From: Sphagnum compactum | Taxonomy: Eukaryota | Assembly (NCBI GenBank): GCA_965153455.1 | Contig: OZ234493.1 | Location: 35,640,213 to 35,704,212, forward strand | Length of the DNA stretch: 64,000 nt | Direction of reading: 5' to 3' | In this document: one piece after another, positions 28,301 to 38,811 of the stretch | Layout of the letters: each line of letters opens with the position of its first letter | Position numbering within the stretch: position 1 is the first letter of the stretch | Notes under the pieces: generated by a model | The model's input: only the letters and a program-made list of their open reading frames with translations | The model's database searches: none | Told to the model about the DNA's origin: nothing | Program-made: the position numbers and the translations under genes

Positions 28301-31300
28301 ATAGAGTTGAGAAATCAAAAGACTGCAATAGAAGTGGGGAGACCTTATCAATTTCAGATCTCGAACGATTAAGATTATTTATTACCTCCACCACTCCTGT
28401 AGAGTCATTGAGAATCCAACTACTATCACAAGGAACATCTGCTTTTTTGAGTTTAGACACCCAAAGGTCATTGACCGTAGGAAACATAGCTTTGAAGAAA
28501 GAACACAGCCACTTAGAAACATCAGACATCAGACAGAGAACTAGAATAATGTCTGGATAGATCTGTGTTTTGTTCACAGTCTGGATAATGAATCAAAATG
28601 TAATGAATATGGAGCATGTCTGCATACCAGAGAATCACGGTCTGCCAGGGCTATCTTTTGATAAAAATCCCGGCGTTTCTTTGTAGCCCTTATTAGAATC
28701 TGCAGAATGAATGCAAGTGGGTGCAGTATGTAAGTCTACGACATCTTGGAACAAGCAACTCTGCAGACTAGGAAAAATTCTAACATAAGTTTGTATTTGA
28801 TAGAAAGCCAATTTCATATTCAGACAACATTGATCTGGAAAGTTCTTTAACACAGAAACTAGAAGCCAGTTTTTGACTGGCTTCTGAGAATGCAGTGTCT
28901 GTACCTTAGCTTACATATCCTTCAGACTTGGTACCTACTTAACATACATGATTTGTTGGAATGGAATTTACAAATGAAAGTTGCAAAAGGGGCAAAGGGA
29001 CAAGGATGTTACTGGATCACGTGTGGCTGTAACAGATTCAGCCACAATTTCCGCCTCACTTCCAAGTGATATCCAGATTCGAGGTCCGCTTCCCCGAGTG
29101 TCTTCTTCAGCTAATTTTTCTGCAAGTGCCTTCACCATTCACAAGTACCCATCATCCCACACAGTTACATGCAACTCCTTCTGAAGAGATGAGTGTCCAA
29201 TGGGTGTCTGAAAACTCAACAACCCTCAACAAGAATTTCCATCACAAATGAAATTTCGAATGATGATCAAAAAGTTAAATTGCCACAGTGGCATTTGTTG
29301 TACAATTTTTATTTTATTTTCTCCTTTCCACCCATTTCAGTCTTTTGGCCTCCTCTCAATGAGAGATGAACTGTTTCCTTCTACAGACTTGCTACAATAT
29401 GCAAGTTGGAATTACGATCACCTCCACCCTGTGCACTTGTCCTGTCTCTTGGACTGTGAACAAAACACAGATCCATCCAGGTGTGTCAGAGAATGGAAAG
29501 GCAAACCTTTTCAATGCTCTCACGTTGCTCTTTGGTGCAAACAATTTCAAAATTATGATCATTGATGTAGCGGTCATCCCCAATGTACCGCAACAGGAAA
29601 GATTCCTCTGTGTAATTCTGGAATGACCTCAACAAACAAACCATGTGAGGAGGAGGAGGAGGAGGAGGAGCAGGCCCCATGAGAGTCCATGATTTGCAAA
29701 TATTTTCCATGTAAATGCAGTTCAAAGGATTTAACCATATTACAACAAAAAGGCAAGAAGAACACAAATGAAAAGCCTTTGCTGGAATCTTGAAGACAAA
29801 CTGAGTTATTCTTTTTAGGATGTGTAAAGTCTCTCAAACTGCTGCTTGATTTTTACAAGGTTTATTAGGGTCAAACCAACCATCAAGGAGCCTTTCACAA
29901 CGTGGAAATCAGAGATCGCGCCTTTGAGGCTAATGTCCTCCTTAACAGATTTTGTGTCAACCACAAAATGCTGATTATTTTTCACTTCTTTCTTGTCTAT
30001 GGAAAACATCTTGCAGGTAGAATCTGTAAGGTACAATGACACCACTCCAAATGGATGCTCCTCCGCAACTACCCACAACAACAACAACAACAAATTTCTC
30101 AAACAAGCAATCATTGTCATGCCAATGTCACAAAAAAACTAACATCATCACACTCTAACCCTAAATTATGAAAATTTCAACATGGTAAGTAGAGATGCAG
30201 ATACACTCCATTCATGTATTTGAATGCTTCCCAGTTAGCCCTTAATACAGAATTTGAACACAGATGCAAAATTCTCCAAAACCAGTATCAAAATTTACCT
30301 TCAATTTCAATGCAAAATGAAGTACAACTGAGCTGAATGAGAATGCACATGGGCAAATACTATTGTTTGGGATGTAATGATATTTGGCTGCAAATCAATC
30401 TGATTGCAATCATTGGTGAAAGAACAGAGCAGCTATTCTTTGCTTAAATGCTACAATGGTTTTAGAATGGAATTCAAAAGCCTGATGAAGTTGGAATCCT
30501 TGTCTATTTTGGAGTTGTCAACTGAAAAAACATAAATTCTCTGGAATCATGATCTACTTTGGAGTTCTTATCAAATGAAAAAAATCTGCACTCATGATCT
30601 TATCTTGGAGGAGTCGTCAAATGAAAAAAGAGCTCTAGTGCAATCAATCAAAAGGTGGTGGCTATGAGGATTTCTCTGCATTGTTCTCCCTACACTATTA
30701 ACTTTTGTGTTCTGCTAAGGATTTTGAGTGAGTTTTAGGCTCAGAGTTCATCTTATTGTCAAATGGAAAAAGATCTGGAATCAAAAGGCGTTCAGTGGGC
30801 ATGAGGAATATTTCTCTGAATTGTTCTCCCTACATTATTAACTTTTGTGTTTAGTTAAGGATTTTGAGTGAGTTTTAGGCTCAGAGTTCAACTTATTGTC
30901 AAATGGAAAAGCTCTGGATTCAAAAGGCGTTCAGTGGGCACGAGGAATACTTCTCTGAATTGGTTTCTTCCTACAGAGACATCTTGTGTTTTGTGAAGGA
31001 TCGTGTGTTTTGTGAGTTTTGTAATTTTGGACTCAATTGTGTACACTTTTGTAAGCTTTCTCATACACGTTTCAACTGTACAACAAATTTGTAAAAAGCT
31101 TCACTGCTACAAAGAACTGGACATGACATGATGATGATGATGATGGAAAAACCCTAATCCAAAGTAAGTTTCCCCTGGCAGCAGCAGCAACAACCAGAAA
31201 ACAAAATGCAGCAGGACGTACCTAGTTCCTACCTTCTTACCAATTGGGTGTTGGGCAGAAAGTAGGTAGGTACTCAAGTTGTGGGCATTGTTAGGTTACC

Positions 31301-31384
31301 TCGTGGTGGTGGTGTGGGAGGCTTCTCTACCTCCACAGGTTTTATGCCCAAAAGGGCCATCATCTCTGCTGACATCGTCGCCAT
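22350..31384 (-). CDS. WDR63: WD40 axonemal inner-arm dynein (I1/f) intermediate chain, WDR63/DNAI3/IC140-like; 18 exons, ~802 aa
   Basis: Hand-spliced with GT-AG introns and consistent phases. Exons: 31384-31300, 30068-29881, 29617-29507, 29129-29013 (acceptor least certain), 28699-28628, 26793-26663, 26338-26222, 25995-25884, 25717-25520, 25350-25261, 25065-24865, 24585-24517, 24344-24135, 24009-23836, 23644-23443, 23217-23129, 22706-22587, 22472-22350 (TAA). Total 2409 nt with no internal stop. Peptides resembling WDR63/IC140: GAISDFHVVK, WISLGSEAEI, ALQQNE, EFQSFMDL, LLWTFQDPIHP, IAGGCYNGQVILWDI, WSPTRPAV..G..DGTIEVWDLL, GILHIMEIP. Confidence 0.9.
27005..27385 (-). other. Putative 3' UTR / pseudo-LTR of the PLE with several stem-loops and pyrimidine-rich tracts
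   Basis: Inverted-repeat arms (plus-strand coordinates): 27358-27364/27379-27385, 27222-27229/27259-27266, 27162-27168/27186-27192, 27134-27141/27148-27155, and CTTCC-TCA-GGAAG at 27008-27020. U/C-rich tracts on the minus strand at ~27020-27070 and ~27290-27357. The left boundary is uncertain. Confidence 0.5.
27384..28529 (-). mobile_element. Penelope-like retroelement reverse transcriptase (Naiad/Chlamys-like), 5'-truncated, inside a WDR63 intron
   Basis: Uninterrupted ORF of ~380 codons (first in-frame ATG 28529, TAA at 27386-27384). RT motifs in order: WILNDS, motif A SFDFSTLYTKID, long A-B' insert, motif B' YRQCIGIPMGTNCAVYLANFYLFTYE, motif C RRFVDDL, motif E NFLDLTV, and thumb FDKR...PHVHSNI...GVINSQFYRFLRLCS...GY. 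There is no GIY-YIG after the thumb. The N-terminal RT motifs are missing because a host exon lies ~100 nt upstream. It sits within intron 28627-26794. Confidence 0.88.
30620..31040. repeat. ~140-bp tandem triplication in WDR63 intron 1
   Basis: GTCAAATG(G)AAAA..TCAAAAGG..TGAGGA..TTCTCTG..TTTTGTGTT..AAGGAT..GTGAGTTTT repeats with a ~140-bp period (units near 30620, 30760 and 30900). Confidence 0.8.
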
Positions 31385-34367
31385 GGCTGCAACCAAACTC
31401 TAAGCAGCAGCAGCAGGCTCTACAGTTCAACTTGCTTTGATTTTGAGACAGAAAAACAAGTAAAGATGCAGGAGAAGAAAAACAAACCCAAAACCGAGAC
31501 TCAGAAATAGAAAGAAAGAATCAATCACGATAGCTAGAAACTAAGAATCGCGCCCAAAATAATGCAAAGAGTTAGTTGCAAGTACTTGCAAGCTAATACT
31601 ATGGTTCATCAACCTGCAAAGCACACCCTTGAGGATTATGTCGAAGAAACCCAGTGAACGCAACAAACCAAGAGCCGAAAGAGGGCAAAAGAGGCTATGA
31701 ACAGACACACAAGAGAGAGAGAGAGAGAGGGAGAGAGATGGAAGCGGTTAATACGGTTGTGGGGTTATGGATGAACTGTCTACACCACAAGAGTATTATA
31801 ACCGTCGTCGGTGTCGTGGCAGTACTGCAGGAATATTTTCAGTTCTGAACTGCTAAGTGCAACTCCACCGGTGCTCAGTATGTGACCCTGAAAAAGAAAA
31901 TGGGATGAAGAAAAGTTAAAAACATGCCGGTTTGGCTCAGCAAAAAAAATGCTTTTGCCCCAGCTTTCACAGTTTGCTGAGGCTGGTGAAAGGTACAACA
32001 AAGCCTAACACCTGCTATTGATTGAACTAGATAGACGTTTGATTGGATCAGGTGGGTTGCTATTAGAAGTCTCCCCCAAATATTTGCATTCCTGGTTTTA
32101 GTTCTATCGGTGGGGTTGGGAAAAAGGTAAATAACTAAAACTTGGATGTGAGATATGTTTTTGCAGGGTCACATTCTGAGGACCGTTGGAGATGCTCTAA
32201 TATTGTAGAGTTATTAGCCTTTTGTCTTTGGATTCGTATGCGAAGCGGATTGACGCAGTACGTAAGTAGTAATTGTTTGTCTGGACATGAGGTGCGGTAG
32301 GTGATTCTATGATCGATTACTGGTCAGCAAACTCTTACGCAAGCTGGGAGTTACTCAATTAGCTGCAATCAAACCAAAACCAAATTCGGCATTGAATGCT
32401 GTTAAAGAGTTTTGGTGGTTTAGCTGGAGTACTGCGGGCAGGAGAGACGAGATTGAGCTGGATTCACGACGTTGCAGCTGACAAATCGATCATAGGCAGT
32501 GTTCTTTCTTTTTGGACCAATTTTCGCACTGTGCCTGACCAAAAAGAAACCAGTGCGAAATTGTACAAAGGCTTGCTTTTGGAAAAACAAATTTCGAAAA
32601 AGTCGCCATATTTAGACAATGTTGGTCGCCAGAACTAAGCAGGATTCCCCAGAAAAAAAACATAAAAACGTACTTCACTGTCTGACCTCTAGCCAAATTT
32701 GGCTCATTGCTCTTATGGATGATCGCCAATCCAGCTACTGGACAAATTTGAAAAGAAAAGGCCTTACCATAAGCCCAAGCAGAAGAGTCGTGAATAATGC
32801 GTAATGTCAGGCAGCAGCCGCTGCAGATGAAGTGAAGCTGAAGAGGCGACCCCCGCGCGATGGAAGAAGCTGCCTGGGGGGGGGGGGGGGTGGTGGAGCT
32901 CGAGATCAGCCGACATTTATGGAACTTGAAGAACTGCAGCTCGACAGGGGTTTACGTCTTGCACAAGCTTCGTGAGGCTTGAGCTGCTGCAGCAAGAGCA
33001 GTCACCGTAGTATGTGTGTATGTATGATCAGCTAGCTAGCTCGCGGCGGGTAACTTTCTTGTTTTTTCGCTACTGGCTAGCAGCTAGTCATGCCGCAGAT
33101 GCATCATGATCATCTGTGATAATTAAGTGTGCTGATGTGAAATGAAAGTCTCGGCTGATCAAATGCAGCTGTAATCTGTCAGAGCTGCTTCATAGCTGTA
33201 CTCGTAAATGCCACATGCAAAAAAAGCCAGGCCGCCATTAAATTACACTGTATCTGTAGATTGATCAGGACTCAGGAGTCCGATCTGCTGAGGCATGAGA
33301 GCAGCTGAGAATTACAACTTGCAGCAGTGCAGATCTAGCGGGAGTTGCAGGAGCCGATTGATGCAGCTGGTCATGAAGATCAGGAGCTGGAGACTCCAAG
33401 TCCTCGCCAGCTGCACTAGCTAGTTACAGTGATCAATCATGATTCCCGAACTGCACTGATCATCATGATCCACAGACGTAATTATCTGCAGCTGCTGGCC
33501 GCACTGCAGACAAGCTAGCTGCAGGATTCAGGACTAAGCTGAAGTTCAGCTGCAATGCTTAAATGATGCTCTGATCAACCCTCAGGTGCCAACAGCAGGA
33601 CTCGGCCATGACAGTCTTGTCATCATGTGCTGAGACTCCGCGATGATGTAGCTGTCACGAACTACTGCAACACACACACACACACACACACACTCTGTCT
33701 CTCTCATCTCTCTCCTCATCACTGTAACACATGAAGTGATCAGTCATAAGGGCGGAAGTGGGGAGGACTACAGTATAAAGTGCAGCGGCGAGGACTAGTA
33801 GCTAGCTAGCGGCAGGAGCACGTCTCAACAGTCAGTGATCATACAAAGCGCCACTGCAGGCACAGGCAACAGGTTGTGATGCGTTGCTGGTTGTTACAGT
33901 GACTAGAACATCCGACAGCATGTTTTTGTCTTGTTGTTAAGATCATGACTAGTAAGAGAAATTAGTGATGATCATTAGACTGGGTGTGAATAGCTAAGCA
34001 CGCTAGGGAGAGATCTGGTTTGGTGGAGATCAGATGGGGATTATAATTAGCCTACTAAAGCATGTCACAGCTGCAGCTTCGGTTGCAGTCGCGGCAGTAA
34101 AGAGTAGTCAATGCAGCTCATAGTATATATGATGCAGATATCCTCCATTTTCCTTCACAGCGCAGTTGTTGCAGTCCAGTTGCTTGCATTGATCATATTC
34201 TCAGCTTGAGTCTCTCTAGTGTATAGGCAGCAGCAGCACTACTACTTGGTGAGGAGGAGCAAGCATCAGTACTGTAACAGCAACTCTAGCTGCTGCAAAA
34301 GATCTGCGTGCACGTGCTCGCTGATCTAGACTGTGTGTGTGGATCAAGCTCGGCAAGTCTAGCAAAG

Positions 34368-34793
34368 ATGAAGGGAGTCGTCGCATTACTGCTGGTTGTG
34401 GCTCTTGTGATCATGGGGGTCGAGAGCCGTCCCTTGTTGAAGGGAACAGAGAAGAACCTGGAGGCTTTCGCAGGGTTGCTGCCGTCTTGTTCTCCAGCTC
34501 CAACTCCAGAACCAGAATACAGTTCACCATCCCCAGTCTACTCTTCACCAACGTATTCCTCTCCATCTCCAACCTATTCCTCTCCTTCTCCAACTTACTC
34601 TTCTCCAACCTACTCTTCCCCATCTCCAACCTATTCTTCTCCAACATACTCTTCCCCTTCTCCAACCTACTCTTCCCCATCTCCAACCTATTCTTCTCCA
34701 ACATACTCTTCCCCATCTCCAACCTACTCTTCTCCCACTTATTCTTCCCCAGCTCCCCCTCCATCCGAATGTCCTCCCCCCTTTAGCTACTAA
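34368..34793 (+). CDS. Secreted extensin-like HRGP (SPTYSSP/PTYSS repeats), 141 aa, paralog of 14679-15257
   Basis: ATG 34368, signal peptide MKGVVALLLVVALVIMGVES|RPL, then LKGTEKNL (cf. SRGSKKDL), a shared CSP motif, tandem (SP)TYSSP repeats and a C-terminal Tyr. Confidence 0.88.
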   Translation: MKGVVALLLVVALVIMGVESRPLLKGTEKNLEAFAGLLPSCSPAPTPEPEYSSPSPVYSSPTYSSPSPTYSSPSPTYSSPTYSSPSPTYSSPTYSSPSPTYSSPSPTYSSPTYSSPSPTYSSPTYSSPAPPPSECPPPFSY

Positions 34794-37700
34794 AAGTTCC
34801 GAAGATCATCATCTACAGTAGCACCTCTAAGGTACGTTGCAATGCAGTAACTACACTGTTGAGCTGCTCTTCTCGCATGTATCAGGCTGATCTATGGTCC
34901 TTGAACATTTTGTGATCTCATGTACATTCCATGGTTTTTTTGCATTGTATGATCATGAGTCTAGCTAGATACCCACAAGCTAGACTTCTTGTAAAGAAGT
35001 TTCAGAGATCCAGAGCTGCAGCTGCTGCATTAATAAATATTATTGCTTGAGCTGCTTGCTTGCTCGCTTGCTTGTTTGTTGAGGAAGATCTACAACTATA
35101 CTACAAACTGATCAACAGAATTTATGGGCATTTGGGTGAACACTAATATTCTCCTGGGAGATGATCTGGTTGCTATTTGCAGATGGAATCAAAACTGTGG
35201 TGGCCACTGAAGAGAGAATTCATGCATGCACGCGGCAAACAACATATATATATACTACAGTCTACGTCTAGTACTATGAGAACAGCTGGGTGTCATCATG
35301 CGGCACTGCTGTTGACCATGTTACGGAACAGTTTGCAGGGGTTTTTTTTGTGTTTTTGTGTCTTCTTCCGAATAAAAAGGGGATGTCACTTTTGATGGTG
35401 CTGGTGGATGGGATCTCCACATGTTGATGCATGAGGTTGCAGTGGAGAACTGGAGACTTTTACTGCACTAGCGCTGCTCCTCTCAATGCTCATCGTCATC
35501 ATCAACAATATCATCAGAGCATCATCAACATCTTCATCAGATTATTGTTCAGAATTTTAGCTCCAGCAGCAGCAGTACTAGATCAGAATGCTTGCGGCTT
35601 AATCAATCCATTATTAGGAGCTTGTGGAAAAAAAAGTACTACAGTCTAAAGCTTTGATTGATTTTCTTCTTCATGATCTTAAGAGCTATGGTATAAAAGC
35701 TTCATGGGTTGCTAGGCTCTTGATCCATTCCTCTCTAAGGTACACATCATGAAGATATTTTTACTTCACAAAATGGGTTTTTTTGTTTGACCAGTTCCTG
35801 TCCAGAGGTCTTTTCTTCTTTCAAGTTCCTTCTTATAAGACTTTTAGTGGGTGGGTTTGATGTTTTTTTGTCAACATTTTTATGGGGTGGTAAATATTTT
35901 CTTTAGACTTGAACTTGGCTACAAGTGGGATTGATTGCAACACCCCAAATACTGGTGCATTTCAGGACTGGTCAAGTGCTTAGTGATCATGATCAGTGGC
36001 TGTAATATTTTATTGGTGTGTGGCTCCCCCACCCCCCCTCACTCTCAGTTTACCACAAGCTCAGCAGCTTGGCAGTACTCTCTTTTTCTCTTCTTCAATT
36101 CTTCAATTTTTTTGGTGAACAAAAGAAAAGTTTGTCCTATCAACAACAGTTCACAACACTTGAAAACACTTCCGTTAAAACAACAAAGATGGTTCAATTT
36201 GCAGCTCTCAATAACACTATGTAATTTATGATTCTATGTTACAATACTATGGCTACTCATGGTCCCAAACAGAAGTACTATTCCAAGTTAAGATTGAGAG
36301 AATGAGGCTGGTCTTATAACTGTTTTTTCTCCTTGAGAATCCTGCATGCTCACTACCTAGCAAAGAATTTTCTTAATGTTGCTTTTGCTTGAACTATATA
36401 ATGAACCCATCCACCCAGCTTCTTCCAGGTTTGCTTGCAGGATCAATATTGCCATGTGCTGCATACATGTACATATGCTTGATGATGATGCTTCTTTGTT
36501 GTAAAGTTTGCTGCTTCTTTGTTGTTTCATTGTTCCCTGTAGCAGCAAAATTGACAACAGATTACATTCTCAAATGCAGCAACATTGGGATTCAACTCTG
36601 TGTTGACAACATTTGAACCTACATTAATTGAACTCTATAATGTTTAATTTCCAAGGTCTTGAAATCTCATGTGCATTGTTGACATAGTAGCTTGTGCTTC
36701 AGTAAAAAAACTAAGTATGCAAAGTCAGATTTGGAAATTACTCTGAAAGGCTTGAGTCAAATCCTGAATGCAACCAAGCCCCACTAATATAAGCAAAAAA
36801 AAAAAAACCTTTGACAAGTATTCTAGATAAACATGCTTTAAACCCTAGAATCGCAAAATCAGTCAAGAGAATTTTTATGCTTGTGTAGAATTCATGATTC
36901 AAGTTCATAGAATTGGGGGAATTTTGTTGTCCAATTTCTCCTTTTGCATGCACAAATTGATCAGAATTTATCCAATTCCATCTCTACCCATTGTTGGAAC
37001 TGTTATTAGAAACTGAAACAAACCCCCAGCAGTTATCAGGGCAGTTCTCTTAAGAGTCACAACTGTGGGTTTCAGTAAATATAAAAAGAACTGGTTCTGA
37101 TATATATGAGCACAAATTTTTCTCAAAAAATTTGAAAAAATCCAAATAACTGACAATAACACCTGTTAGACCCAACGGTCTCTAATTATTAGCTCCTTTC
37201 CAGGGTTTTCTTTTTGGTGAATTTTTTGCCAAAAAAAATCATCCAGTGTGCCTCATATAAAAGGATATATAATTCTGTGAAATGTTTTGCCAAAGTTGTT
37301 GCCAGATTTTGACTATAAATGTTTTTTGGAAATCACCATGTTTTGACAATAGGGCTTCCTTTTAGGGTTGCCAAAATATATAACAGGATTTTTTAAAAAT
37401 CTACTTTCCTCTTTAACCTGTAGCCAAATTTGGCTAATTCACAAGATCACCAGTGTGGTTACAAAACAAAAATTGAGAAAGAAAAAAAAAAAACCCCTGG
37501 ACCCCATGCAAAGACCGAATTTTTGGCAACATTTTGACAATGAAAAAAAAAAAATTGCATTGAATGCAAACTCCATGATTGACTGGTCCAGCAAACAGGA
37601 CATCAGATGAGACTGTTCTTACATGCTTTGATAATAGAACTGCAATCTGCTACAACTTGCTTACTGGATACTTATTACATCCCTTACATAACCACCCAAA

Positions 37701-38811
37701 GTGTTATGTAACTCACTTATACTCTATGCTGCTGTTGTGTGTGGCTTAAGATTCAGACTTCAGACTGTTCTGACAGGCTTCTCAGATCTGTCTTGCCTTC
37801 AAAAACCTTGTATTCAATTGCATTCTGTATTTGTGAAGTTTGCACTCAAAACATTGTGTACCAACTTTTACTACTCGAGCCTTCCCTCCCCTGTGAAAAT
37901 CAAATAAAAATTAAGCATAAAAATAATTTGTCATTTTATGAAACTTGATCCATAAAATCCTATGTGTTGTAGGGGAAAAGCCCTGGCCTCATGGATTTCA
38001 CATTTTCATCCCTGTGTTAACCAAAGCTGGTTACCACAGGTTCACTTTTTTTTCCCTTGCTCAACCTTGATCCCACTTTTTTTTTGGTTTGAACTTCCTT
38101 TCCCTCAACACCCACTTACCTATAATTTATTTTATTTTAAAAAAATTTCCCCCACTCCTCACCTAGTCTCTCCTACTCACCTACACGCCCACCCATTTAC
38201 CTACTTATCTATCCACCTATTTACCAATGATCTCAACTAAAAATAAATTCTAATTTACCAAGTATTTGTCCTTGCCCTTTCACCTTCCTCCCTACTAGCT
38301 ATTGAAGTAGGTACCTATCGAACCCCACTTACCTAGTTTCACTTACCTCCCTAGTTGTCTTTCCAACCACCTTGCAACTATTGAAAACAATGATGAAAAA
38401 AACAAATTGACAATATTACAAAGACCTTGGAATTGTTTGTACTCAAGCAATATTTAAGGTCATAACTAAATTTGTTTTCAACATTTGTATGAAATATTGC
38501 ATAAACTGCAATATTTTCAAGTGGGTATTTCATATATTCCTTGGATTGGAACATTGTGTTTAAACTATCCTTGGGTACTATTACACAAACTTTTTTTTAA
38601 ATCCTAAACATTGTATGCAATGCCCTCTTGTCAGTATTTCATATATGCCTTGGGTTGGGAGGGGATTTTTTTATTGTCATGAGGGTATTACATAAACCAT
38701 GAAAATATATAGTGAATATATATTATTTATATGTGAATATTAAATTGGAGGCTACCATATAAGATATTAATTGCATGCAATGGTGGTTTTGCACAAATGT
38801 GGGGCTCAATA

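Noticed and set aside
28530-28577. ORF-track N-terminus of the RT (MNKTQIYPDIILVLCL)
   Set aside because: It starts at GTG in what looks like host intron sequence, so it is probably a chance open extension beyond the 5' truncation point. No TSD was found.
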